Assembly: GCA_030770535.1 (NCBI GenBank)
Contig: JASVEC010000028.1
Span: 62,001 to 126,000, forward strand
DNA: 64,000 nucleotides
Source of the DNA: Batkoa obscura
Taxonomy: Eukaryota
Direction of reading: 5' to 3'
In this document: one piece after another, positions 50,765 through 64,000 of the stretch
Layout of the letters: every line of letters starts with the position of its first letter
Numbering within the stretch: position 1 is the first letter of the stretch
Position numbers and translations under genes: made by a program
The notes under the pieces: generated by a model
The model's database searches: none
What the model saw: only the letters and a program-made list of their open reading frames with translations
What the model was told of the DNA's origin: nothing

Positions 50765-51650
50765 TATTGTTATTATTATTACTATTATCATTATTTAATT
50801 TATTAATACTTTCATAAAAATTTAAATGAATAATAGATAATGCTCTTGTCATACATTGTTGATATTTATCTAAATAGAGTTTACTATCTTTATAATTTAA
50901 ATTTAATTTCATAAAATTAATACAATTATCTAATAAATATAAAGTAGGTTTAAATTGAGAATGATAACAAATATCTGTACCTGGAGAAGATAAAAATTGA
51001 TAAATTGGTGTTAATTGATTAAAATAAACTAATTCTTTTTCTATTATTTCTATTTTATTTATTAATAATTCATTTTCTTGAATAATATCAAAACAAATTT
51101 GTTGTATACTTTGATTATTAATTTCCATTTTTTGATATTGTTTTGTTAGATTATCACTTGTTTCTTGAAGTTGTAATATATATTTTTTAATCTTTTTAAT
51201 CTTTTCAATATATAAATTTAATTGATTAATATATGATTGATAAATATCTTCTTTTCCTTGAAATAAATAAGGTTCTAAATTATTAAACCAAAGTTGAAAT
51301 GCTTGAATGGAGTTAATTTCTTTAGTTGGTAAAAACATAGAATTACTTAAACTTGTTTCATTATTTGTATCAGATAAGGGTGATTTTGATAAATTAGGAC
51401 TTATTGAGTTTATTAGTTTTGGTGTAAGAGTTGTAGTTGGTATATTTAAAAATGGGGAGCCTGTTAAACTTCGAATGTCAGTAGTAATGTCTTTAACAAC
51501 TTCTTCAGGGATAGGAGGTTCTGAGTACAAATTATCAATATATTCTAAAGATTGAAGATGATCTGAATTTAATTTAATTTCATTAAACATATCTTCAAAT
51601 AAATTATTTTGTTTATTTTGTTTATTTTGTTTGTTTTGTTTATCTATCAT
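50166..51650 (-). CDS. COG3: COG3/Sec34-domain protein (short, with poly-Asn tract)
   Basis: FQLWFNNLE, LVYFNQLTPIYQFLSSPG, LDNCINFM..NYKDSKLYLDKYQQCMTRAL, YNNLLLDCFDCY. Confidence 0.75.
50719..50792. repeat. (TTA)n microsatellite encoding poly-Asn
   Basis: Seen directly within the COG3 ORF. Confidence 0.85.
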
Positions 51651-51817
51651 TTTTTATTGATTTTATTTAATTACTAATTTAAATTCTTTATAAATGAAAA
51701 AAGCTTACAATTAGATATTTTATTCGTCATTTATTAAAATCAAATTGAAATTGGCAACTTTATGCAAAAAAAGAATTCCATTCAGAAAGTTCATTTTACT
51801 AAATATTAACTTTACTA

Positions 51818-52150
51818 ATGTTAACTCATCTCAAAGCAATATCAACAAGTTATCGTATCTTTCAAATTCCATTACTTAATTGCAAATTTTATACAAAACC
51901 AAGTATTATGTGTGAAGAAAAATCAAGTTTACCATTAGGATTACCTAGTGTAGAAGATATAACTAATGAACAAAAAGATACAACAGTCAAATTAAATGAT
52001 TTAGGTCCAGTAATTATTAATGTTGATGGTACTATATCAAGAGTTAATAATTGGAATACAATGAGTGATATAGAAAAAGAAACATTTAATCGATTAATAT
52101 TAAAACGTAATAAAGAAAGATTAAATTTATTAAAAGATAAACAAAATTAA
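51818..52150 (+). CDS. Small conserved uncharacterised protein, possible mitochondrial presequence
   Basis: VKLNDLGPVIINVDGTISRVNNWNTMSDIEKE..R..KRNKERL motif, seen in a widespread unnamed eukaryotic family. Confidence 0.7.
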   Translation: MLTHLKAISTSYRIFQIPLLNCKFYTKPSIMCEEKSSLPLGLPSVEDITNEQKDTTVKLNDLGPVIINVDGTISRVNNWNTMSDIEKETFNRLILKRNKERLNLLKDKQN

Positions 52151-52591
52151 AAATAAAAATTAAAAATTAAAAATATATTATTTCTATTAATTTCAATTTA
52201 TTTATTTTCAATTCAAATTCTATCCTTTTCATTCATATTGTTTAATTAAAATTTACTTGTTAATTGTTTGAAATACTTTTTATTTGTTAGATATTATCAC
52301 ATATTAATTGAAAAAATAATGGATTAAGGGTAAACTTAAAATGGAGTGAATATTATTTTGTATTTCAAAAGGGTTGGAAGGAGGAGTAGAGGACAGTGGG
52401 TGAGGTTAAGCTAAAAATAGTTAAGAAAAAAGAATGATATTATACTATAATGAAGAGGATATTCTTTGTATCTCAAAGAAACGAGAAAGTAAATGTGTGT
52501 ATGTGATTGAGACTAGTTAAAAATAGTCAAAGGGTTGATTGGAGATTATATTATAATTATAATTTTTGATTTTATAAAATATCAAATGAAA

Positions 52592-53701
52592 TTATTTAAT
52601 AGTTGGATAACAAGAACCTAATTTACGTTGTCCCATAGATTGAAAAGAATGAACTACAATAGCTGTTTCAATACCTGAAAATGAAGCAGATATTTTTTCT
52701 TGTTCAGTAAGGAAACAAAGAGTATATAAAGCCATTTCAAATTCAGGCGATGTACCAATAAACCCAGAAGAAATAGGCTTAGAACAATTTTTCCAAGTAA
52801 ATTTGGTTTGTAATAAATGTTCTTTCCCATTTGGATTTTGTAAGGGATGAGAATGATGAGGTGCTACATAACCATGATAATTAAGTCGATTAGCTTTTTC
52901 TTCATAATAAAAATAAATCCAATTATGAAACCCTAAGATTTCTTCATTTCTGGTTTCTCCTAAAAATACATGTTCAAAAGCAGAAGAATCATTTTTTGTT
53001 TCTCTTTTATATAATTTAAACCAAATATCATACATCATACGTTGAAAACTAGTGGGATCCCCACTACATAATCGTTTAGCTACTAAATATTGATGTAAAT
53101 ACATACCAGGTTTAGTAGATGCAAAAGCTTTTAAAAATTGCTCCATTTCCCCAATTTCTTTAGCTCCAAAGCTTTCTTCAGTTCCAGTAGAACTATTATA
53201 ATTATCTAATAAATCATAAAAATATTTATAAGTTGGGATGGTAAGGATACGTGACTCATTAACATATCGAAATAATTTTTGAGAGCCTGAATCTCCAGTT
53301 CTAGAATTTTTTAAATATAATTCATACTAAAAATAATTAATAAATTTAAATTATTTAATAAATATACTTACATCTAAACCAGGGTTAAGTCGATTACTAT
53401 CTAAATTCCATAATTTTTCAATTGCTAATCGAATATTAGAAAGTTCATCTGAAGTTGGGTTAATTTGAGCTTGAGAAGAGTTAGAAGATACACTTGAAGT
53501 TGGATAACTAGTAGGTTTTTGAATCGGAGTAGGTTTATAATTAACTTGACTATTATCATGCCATTCACCTAAAGGTATATCATTTAATGTTGGATAGATT
53601 TGTTTATTTGGTTTAGTTGCTTGAGAATAAGAATAATTATTATTATCTTCATTGTTTGATGAACAACATAATGATTTTATTAAACCTGATAAAAAATCCA
53701 T
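52592..53701 (-). CDS. EndoU (XendoU-family) poly(U)-specific endoribonuclease
   Basis: LWNLDSNRLNPG, FLYDLLDNY, SSAFEHVFLGE, GFHNWIYFYYEE, SKPISSGFIGTSPEFEMALYTLCF; one intron. Confidence 0.9.
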
Positions 53702-54794
53702 TTTTCTTCTATAAAAATGTATTAAAGAAATTAAGTTTATTAACAATGAAAACTATTGTTGTTTGATTTCTCTTTTTTAAATAAATAAAATTGATACAAG
53801 TGTTTATTTCTTTATGACTAAAATAATATTAATATCGAAAATAGTTGCCCCAGATCTTTATAGCCACTGTGTGATTTGGACCAATTAAAAATCAAGAACT
53901 TTGATGATTTCCAATCAAAATTCAATAAGAAACCTTGGCCAAAAGTTTAGTTCCAATTTAAGACAAAGCTTAACAATTCAAACTGAAATTTATTGGATTA
54001 AAATCAAAATAATAGTATAAAAATATATTTAAATATCCAATTATTATTAATATTATCAATAATAACTTTTAAAAACTATTAAATCCTAAATCCAAATATC
54101 TTACCTCTAAACCCCTTTTTTAATAATTAATTGATATTAACCAATCATTTAATGTTATTAATAATTTCTAGCTTAAATATCTACCAATTAAATTCATTTC
54201 AATAAAAAAATTAAACCTAATTCAATATTAAAACACATGGAAAAGAACCTAAATCAATAACTCAATATTGGAGTATTGATTTCACTTAACCTTATACTTA
54301 AATCAATAATGTTATATACTGTTGAATTAAAACCTAGATGAAGTAATTTGAATATTAATCTTAAGTTTATTTACTTCGTTTTTTTAATAAAATAATATTA
54401 TTCTAATCTACTATTCTATATATAATTCTAAATAAAATTTCAAGCTATTAATTTTATCAATAATAAAGTTCTTTATTAAATCATAGTTTTTTAACGTATT
54501 TATGTTAGTTATAACGTTTAGTATGATAATATTTATAATATCTAAGAGTAACGGGATGAGTTTTATATAGCAATACTTATAATAATAATATTTTATATTA
54601 TTAAAATTGGAGAGTAGTAATAATAAATTTGTAAGAATAGAATCAATTTATAATTTTGACGTAATGTTTAAAAATTGCAAAATAAAGATAACACAATCAC
54701 ATTCCAAAACAGTAACATAATATAAAATTAATAACATATTAAATAATAATAGTTTTAAAAATTGAAAATTATTTTGATGTTATAATTAGTATCA

Positions 54795-55415
54795 ATGACT
54801 TGTAAAATTGATAATATATTAAAATTAATATTAATGTTGTTAAGTTATTCACCAATATTATTATTTTTTTTATTAATACCAAAATGGTTAACTTGTTTAT
54901 GGCATTTTGATTTATTAATTGGAGCTGTTAATAATGCAGTGCTTAGTTATTTTTTAAAAGGGATTATAAAGTCAAAGAGACCTGGAAGTAAGAATTTTAG
55001 TTATTAATTAATAGGAAGATATTTATTTGTATTTAGTTAAAAATAGATCAAGTTATGGTATGCCTTCAAGTCATTCTGCTTTTATTGGTTATATTTGGTC
55101 TTTTTTATTTTTAGAAGAATATAATAATAAAGTAGAAAGGTAGATTAACTATAAGTATATTATATATATATATATGTTCTAATATTATATTTAGTATAAA
55201 ATTAAATAATCGAATAATATTATTACTATGGGGATTATCAGTTATTTATTCTAGGTATTGTTAGAATAATTATTTTTTTAAAATAATTCTATTAATATTA
55301 TTTAAGATATCACTTTAAACATCATACTATTATTCAATTATTAGTTGGTATATTTACTGGTGGTTTATTAGCCTTTTTTTGGACAAACATTAAATTATCA
55401 TCGATTATAATTTAA
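54795..55415 (+). CDS. PAP2-family phosphatase (dolichyldiphosphatase-like), multi-exon
   Basis: LKGIIKSKRP, YGMPSSHS, YSR/YHFKHHTIIQLLVG. Confidence 0.75.
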
Positions 55416-55558
55416 TTTAATCTAATTTAATAGATTGAATTTATAACTAATATATATTATATCAAAAATAATCATTAAAAAATAGACAACGAATTCACAT
55501 ATTGATTATTTACTAATAATTTATTTACTTCCTTTATTATTATTATTATTATTATTAT

Positions 55559-56395
55559 TTATTGTTTTTTACTTTTCTTTTTAGTAATCAATTCATATTC
55601 CATTTTCCAAATATTATCACTATCTCTTGAATCTCGAATATAAAAAAATTGACAAACTTTGGATTGTTGAATATTGTCAAAAAATAAACTAGTTCTAATT
55701 ACTTTTTCAACAATAATATCCTATAAAATACCAAATAAATTGCCTATTATATACCCTATAATCACTTGTTTTTGAGTGTGATAATTTAAATAAACTCTAT
55801 ATAGAATAAAATTATATATTAATGTGCTATTATAAGTTAATATTTAATTGATATTTACCTTGAATAACAAACTAGTAAACTCCATAAAATCAACCCAGAG
55901 GATAATATAATATAATATAAATTATTTCTACTTTTTAATCTTTAAAACAATTATTAATTAAACAAATAATAGAATAAAATAAAATAAAATTACCTAAACC
56001 AAAGATAAATCATTGCATACATACATGTATAACCCACAAACATAGCATGAGAACTAGGCATACCATGCCCTTTACCTAAGAAATCTAAATTTCAAAAATC
56101 AATACCGCTTTCATATACCTTTACTCCAAATATTAATAAACTTACTAGTAGGCCTATTTTCTTTGATTATTCTTTTCAATACAAAGTTGACTCCTTCATT
56201 AATCAATTGTCCTAAAAACATCAATATAACAGCAAACTCACGACGAGAGATGGTAATAGATACATAAGCTACTAAGATTGCTAATGGTGATAAAGTTAAA
56301 TAAGCTAATAGCTTCCCAATGATATCTTGGTGATTGTATTGTACATGAGTTAAGGAAATGGTAGCTAAACTATTGTTAATTATATTATCAGTCAT
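55559..56395 (-). CDS. CAX4: Dolichyldiphosphatase (DOLPP1/Cax4)
   Basis: SLTHVQY..DIIGKLLAYLTLSP, GQLINEGVNFVLKRIIKENRP, GHGMPSSHA, SRVYLNYHTQKQV, FYIRDS. Confidence 0.9.
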
Positions 56396-56730
56396 TTTTT
56401 ATAAAATTAAAACTTTAGAAAAAGAGAATTCATTAATTGGACTACTGTCCAATTTGGTCTAGAAAAAATTGAATGAAATTTTATTAGAATTAATAAAAAT
56501 ATTAATAATGTTAAAAAATTAAAGTACTTTTAGAAATTATATTTTAATATAAAATATTACTTATTTATTGTTTTTATTATTTAATACTTAACTAATTATT
56601 CAAAACAATCCTATCATATACTACTTTTAATACTTCTTTAAAAAATAAAATAAAATAAATAAAAACAAAAAATAAATTCTTTAACCTAATATAATTAATT
56701 TTATATCAAACAAATACTAAACCGTCACAT

Positions 56731-58624
<1,894 letters not shown>

Positions 58625-59529
58625 ATTATTTTTTCTAATAATTTGATAATTTTGATTTCTTACAACTTTCAAAGTTAAATTTTTAAATGATTGAGATATT
58701 TCTAATTTTCACGTTTTATAATTTAAGCTTTTTTATGCTCATTTTTTGCAAGCAATTTTGCATAGCTTGGTGCTATAATTACCACGTATTGTTCTATTAA
58801 CAACTATTAATCGAACCCCGTAATGTTTAGAGTAGTAAATCTGTTAAACATTGTCGGATTTCAAAGGGTTAGATCATTTCTATTCATTTTTTATCTCTTT
58901 AGATTAATTTAATTATTATTGTTTATTATAACACAGATCGAAAGTTCACTATTACTAATTTGAAAAAACCAATGTTTTTAATAAAAAGGTACTTTATTGA
59001 TATCAAAAATAATTAACTACATGTTATCAAATAATAGTTTTAAACTTTCTATACAAAAAAAGTAGAAATTTTAGCTATTGATTATATTGATTTTAGATTA
59101 CAAAATAAAACTAAAAATAATTAGTTATAAATCCTAACCAATCATCGCAATTTTGAATTTTTACTAAATGAAATTGAAAAAATTAAAATATAAGAAAATA
59201 GGTTCAAATTGTATACTGTAACATTTTATTTAAAATAAAATATTTTTTATTGAATTTTAACAGTATTATTTGCCATCAATTATCTATAATATATAAAAGT
59301 TTCCTGTTATCGATTGACTTAAAACATCTTATAAATCTTATAAATCTTTGTAAATCTTTAAAAAAATTTAGCTCTAAATTAAGAATATTGACAAATAGAA
59401 CTTAACCAATGATAAAAAATAGGCTAAATGATTTGAATTTAAAAAAGGAAGTCGAGAAATTTAATGACGTGAGTATAAAACGAGTTAAACTTACAAACAC
59501 TCATTAAATTTATTACTTTTTATTTAAAG

Positions 59530-60702
59530 ATGTCAGATCATACCCAAACCAATATTATTACTTTAACTAGACATATCGTCACTGCCCAAAATAAAATTAA
59601 AGAAGCTTCAGGTGATTTAACTTTATTATTAGCTGCTATTCAAGTCGGCTGTAAATTTGTTGAAGCTTGTGTACGTAAAGCTTCTTTAGTTTATCTGTAA
59701 GTTTAATAGAATTTCTATTAAATAACATATTTAACATTTAATATTTTATTATAGTACCGGTTTAGCAGGTATGCAAAATGTACAAGGAGAAGATGTTAAA
59801 AAATTAGATGTATTAGCCAATGAAATATTTATTCAAAACTTAAAAGCAAGTGGTAAATGTAAAGTGTTAGTAAGTGAAGAAGATGATGAGGCTATTTTTA
59901 TTGAAGGAGAAGCTGGATGCAAATATTGTGTTGTTTTTGATCCTTTAGATGGTTCTTCAAATATTGATGCTGGTGTTAATGTTGGTACTATCTTTGGTAT
60001 CTATCTTGTTAAACCAGGGTCGAATGGTACTGTTGAAGATGTACTTCGTCCTGGTAATGAAATGGTAGCTGCCGGTTATTGTATGTATGGTTCTTCTTGT
60101 AACTTAGTATTAACCACTGGTCAAGGTGTTAATGGCTTTACTCTTGATCCGGTAACAATTTCCGCTTTTTTAATTTTTTATTCTTTATTAATTAAATTTT
60201 TAGGCTATTGGCGAATTTGTTCTTACTCATCCAGACGTAAGTAATTATTTTAAAATAATTTTTATATTTATTTATATTCCTATTTCAGATTAAAATCCCA
60301 TCCCGTGGTAAAATTTACTCTGTAAATGAAGGTAATGCTGCTTATTGGGATAAACCATGCACAGAATACTTTAATAGTATTAAATTTCCTGAATCCTCAA
60401 AGAAACCTTATTCATCCCGTTATATTGGTTCTATGGTAGCTGATGTTCATCGTACATTATTATATGGAGGCATCTTTGCTTATCCAGGAGATAAAAAATC
60501 ACCCAATGGTAAATTACGTATATTATATGAATGTTTCCCAATGGCTATGATTATGGAACAAGCTGGTGGTAAAGCTACTACTGGAGATTTACGTATGTTG
60601 GATTTTGTTCCTAAAGGCATTCACGATCGTTCTCCTATCTTTATGGGTTCTAAAGAAGATGTTGAAGATATTGAAACTTTCTATAAAAAAAATTCAAATT
60701 AA
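59530..60702 (+). CDS. FBP1: Fructose-1,6-bisphosphatase
   Basis: NVQGEDVKKLDV, FDPLDGSSNID, YSVNEGN, RYIGSMVADVHRTLLYGG, GKLRILYE. Confidence 0.98.
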
Positions 60703-61854
60703 AAAAAATTAATTCTTTATGATTTAGCTTTAATAATAGTTATTATATTTAATTATGCTATTGTATATGTACTTTGTAAAATAGGTTAAGTATTATAAAA
60801 GTATAAGTCAATATTTTTATTTTGTTTAATTTAATAAACAAAATAGAAGTCATTAAAATATTTTACTTTTAATTCTTAGTTATTGATTCTTAGTTAGTAT
60901 TGTATAAAACGTAAGCATAGATTTGGTAAGTACATTGGAATAATTGAAGTGGAACAGTTTAATATAGTAATCTATATTATAGTTTAATATAATAGCTTAA
61001 TATGATAGTTTACAATTTGATTTTTGTAAATGAATTTTTTAAAGAACTTGAATTAGTAATAAAAGGTTAAATAAATCCGCAAGTTGAAGAATTATCATGT
61101 GAATATTGTTTATTAAGCATTTTCAGTATTTTTGTTGAAAACGTAACTTTATATTAGCAGATAAAATATAATGTCTTTTTTGTTTCATTGTTTTAGTTAA
61201 TTTTGTATAATATGAGTTCGAAAAAAATTCAAGTTCAAATTCAAATTCAAATTCAAATTCAAAAAAACAATTCTCATATGGAAATTTCTCTGTTTCATTG
61301 TTTTATCTACTTTTTGATCAACAAAGTTTTTAAAAAAGCTACTAGTTGAATGTCATAACAAAAACAACACTTTTAAAAAACTTATTTACAAAATTTAATG
61401 AATATTGGCAAGTTTGATTTAGAGAGATATTAAGTAAGTATATTTAAGAAGTTAAACTACAGAATATAATTTTTGATCTATTATATTAACTATAACTCCA
61501 TACTTTGATGGTCACAATACCAATACGTCAATGCACTCAACTTAGTTTAAACATTTGAAAAATAGAAAAGGATAAACTAAACATTCTAAAATTTAAGAAA
61601 GATTATTGGTTGAAATTAGAAGAAATGACAAATTAAATTCACATGAAAGAGTTAGACACCAATTCCAACGTCAATGAATTTTAAAAGCCAATAAAACTTA
61701 ATAAATAAAATTGGTTTGCTGAAAATAAGAGTATTATTGATTCAAATAAAAGTCACACTCACACGGAAAATGAAGCCTTAAAATAAATATAAAAACTATC
61801 ATTTTTACTATTTTTTTATATTTTATTTCAAATTCAATTATTGTATATTTATAA

Positions 61855-64000
61855 ATGTCTCCTGATTTACGCTTTGATAATCAAGTTGTAATTGTAACTG
61901 GTGCTGGGGGTGGTAAGTAATTAAAATATTTGCTTTAGATAGCAATTAAATAAGTTATAAGCAGAATGCTAAGTTAAATTTAATAGGACTTGGTCGCGCC
62001 TATGCTTTATTATTTGCCTCAAGAGGTGCTAAAGTAGTTGTTAATGATCTTGGAGGAGGTCGTGATGGTAAAGGAAATAACTCAAGAGCAGCTGATGTAG
62101 TAGTTGAAGAGATTAAAAAAGCTGGTGGTGTAGCTGTAGCCAATTATGACTCTGTTGAAGATAGTGAAAAAGTTGTTGAAACTGCTATCAAAGCCTTCGG
62201 TAGAATAGATATCTTAATCAATAATGCAGGGTAATTTTGTTTCCATTATTTATGCCAATTGCTAATTATTCAAAGTATTTTACGTGATCGTTCTTTCGCT
62301 AAAATGGCTGATCAAGATTGGGACCTTGTAATGAAAGTCCATCTTCGTGGTTCATATAAGATGTCTAAAGCTTGTTGGGAAATTTTCAGAAAGCAAAAAT
62401 TCGGAAGGTAATTTAAATATTTAATGTATTAAACTTTATTTAATCTTTTAGAATTATTATGACTGCTTCAGGTGCTGGTCTTTATGGAAATTACGGACAA
62501 GCTAATTATTCATCTGGTAAGTTATTAGCTTTATATTTGACTTTATATTAAAATGTTTTATAGCTAAACTTGCTCTTGTTGCTTTAAGTAATACATTAGC
62601 TAAAGAAGGTGCTAAGAACAATATACACTGTAATGTTATTGCACCAATTGCTGCTTCACGTCTTACAGAAGATATTATGCCACCAGAGATTCTTGAAGCT
62701 ATGAAACCTGAATTTATCTCACCATTAGTAGCCTATTTATGTCATGAAAACACAGCAGAAAATGGCGGTATATTTGAATGTGGTGCTGGTCAATTTTTCA
62801 AACTCAGATATGAGCGTACTAAAGGATGCACTTTTAAAGCAGATTCAACATTTTTACCTGGTGCCATTGCCGCAAAATTTGATAAAATCATGGACTTTTC
62901 AGAAGCTAATCATCCATCAAGCATTGGAGAAACTGATTGGATCAGTTTACTTGAAGAAGCTAAAACCCTCACAACAAATGAATCTAAAGCTGATATGCGC
63001 TTAGATGGTCAAGTTGCCATTATTACTGGTGCTGGAAATGGCCTTGGTCGCGCTTATTCCCTTTTATTTGGTAAATTAGGTGCCTCTGTAGTAGTCAATG
63101 ATCTTGGAAAAGCTAAAGATGCTTCTGGTAACCTTGTACCTGCTGCCGACCTTGTTGTTGAAGAAATTAAGAAAGCTGGAGGTAAAGCTGTTGCGAATTA
63201 CGATTCAGTAGAATTTGGTGAAAAGATTGTCGAAACTGCTATTAAAGCTTTTGGACGTATTGATATCGTTGTCAACAATGCTGGTATCCTTCGTGATCGT
63301 TCTTTTGGAAAAATGAATGACCAAGATTGGGATTTAGTTTACACTGTCCATCTTAAAGGTACATATAGTGTATCCAAAGCCGCATGGCCATATATGCTTA
63401 AACAAAAATATGGTCGTATCATCAATACTGCTTCTGCTGTTGGATTATATGGTAACTTTGGTCAAGCCAATTACTCTGCCTGTAAATTAGGTATCCACGG
63501 TTTAACTCAAACTCTCGCTTTAGAAGGTGCTAGTAAGAATATCAAAGTCAACACTATTGCTCCAAATGCAGGTACTGCCATGACCGCAACTATTATGCCA
63601 CCAGAAATTGTTGAAATGTTGAAACCCGACTACGTTGCACCACTTGTAGCCTTTTTAGCTCATCCAGATGTACCAGAATCTGGTCAAGTTTATGAATGTG
63701 GAAGCTGTTGGATCTCTAGAGTACGCTGGCAACGTACCAAGGGTGCAGGTTTACCAGTAAATAAGGGAATTGCACCAGAAGATGTTGCTAAGATTTTTGA
63801 CAAAATCACTGATTTTACTCACCATACCTACCCAACTTCTCTCAATGAATCTGTAAGCACTATGTATGAAAGTTTCCAAGCACTCTCAGGTGGTGATAGT
63901 AACGAATCATCAGAAGATTTAGTTGGTAATATTGAAGCAGCTCTTAAATACCGTAGTGAGATAGCTGATTACAGTTACACTCAAAGAGATGTCATTCTAT
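61855..64000 (+). CDS. FOX2: Peroxisomal multifunctional beta-oxidation enzyme (3' end outside the window)
   Basis: Two tandem SDR domains ([39 protein letters not shown]), then the hydratase start YTQRDVIL. Confidence 0.95.

Noticed and set aside
59530..64000. FBP1-FOX2 adjacency as a gluconeogenesis/beta-oxidation cluster
   Set aside because: Two housekeeping genes side by side with no synteny or co-regulation evidence available here.

Overview
Very AT-rich, gene-dense eukaryotic genomic DNA with short GT-AG introns. The gene content (CENP-M, EndoU, a DM9-repeat protein and a KCH channel alongside typical fungal genes) points to an early-diverging fungus; this is inference. The first ~4.4 kb is a block of intronless, decaying ORFs that looks like the end of an endogenous large-DNA-virus-like element. 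It has an RNA-primed family-B DNA polymerase with motif A deleted, three signal-peptide genes (one a frameshifted NucA/NucB-type nuclease, SCDEYPFAST-EG), and a shared A-tract/T-tract/TAGAA intergenic motif. The rest is host sequence: UBP6, PSF3, DSC2/UBAC2-like, U1A/U2B'', BRO1/PalA-like, DM9, CENP-M, two tandem TF-middle-homology-like paralogues, WDR55/JIP5, mS37, PCL cyclin, GlcNAc-6-P deacetylase, KCH, transketolase, DNAJC17, COG3, EndoU, two PAP2 phosphatases, LETM1, FBP1 and FOX2. Signals not evident from the ORF track: a decayed SRA-like + AlkB dioxygenase gene (~34.9-36.9 kb); precise loss of two introns around a 13-nt microexon, plus gene conversion, in the tandem pair; a 12-copy ~97-bp MITE with 4-bp TSDs (one copy carries a solo LTR, two form a perfect 116-bp inverted repeat); and two paralogous 12-Cys GPI-type surface proteins. 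Family assignments come from motif recognition by eye; no database searches were run.
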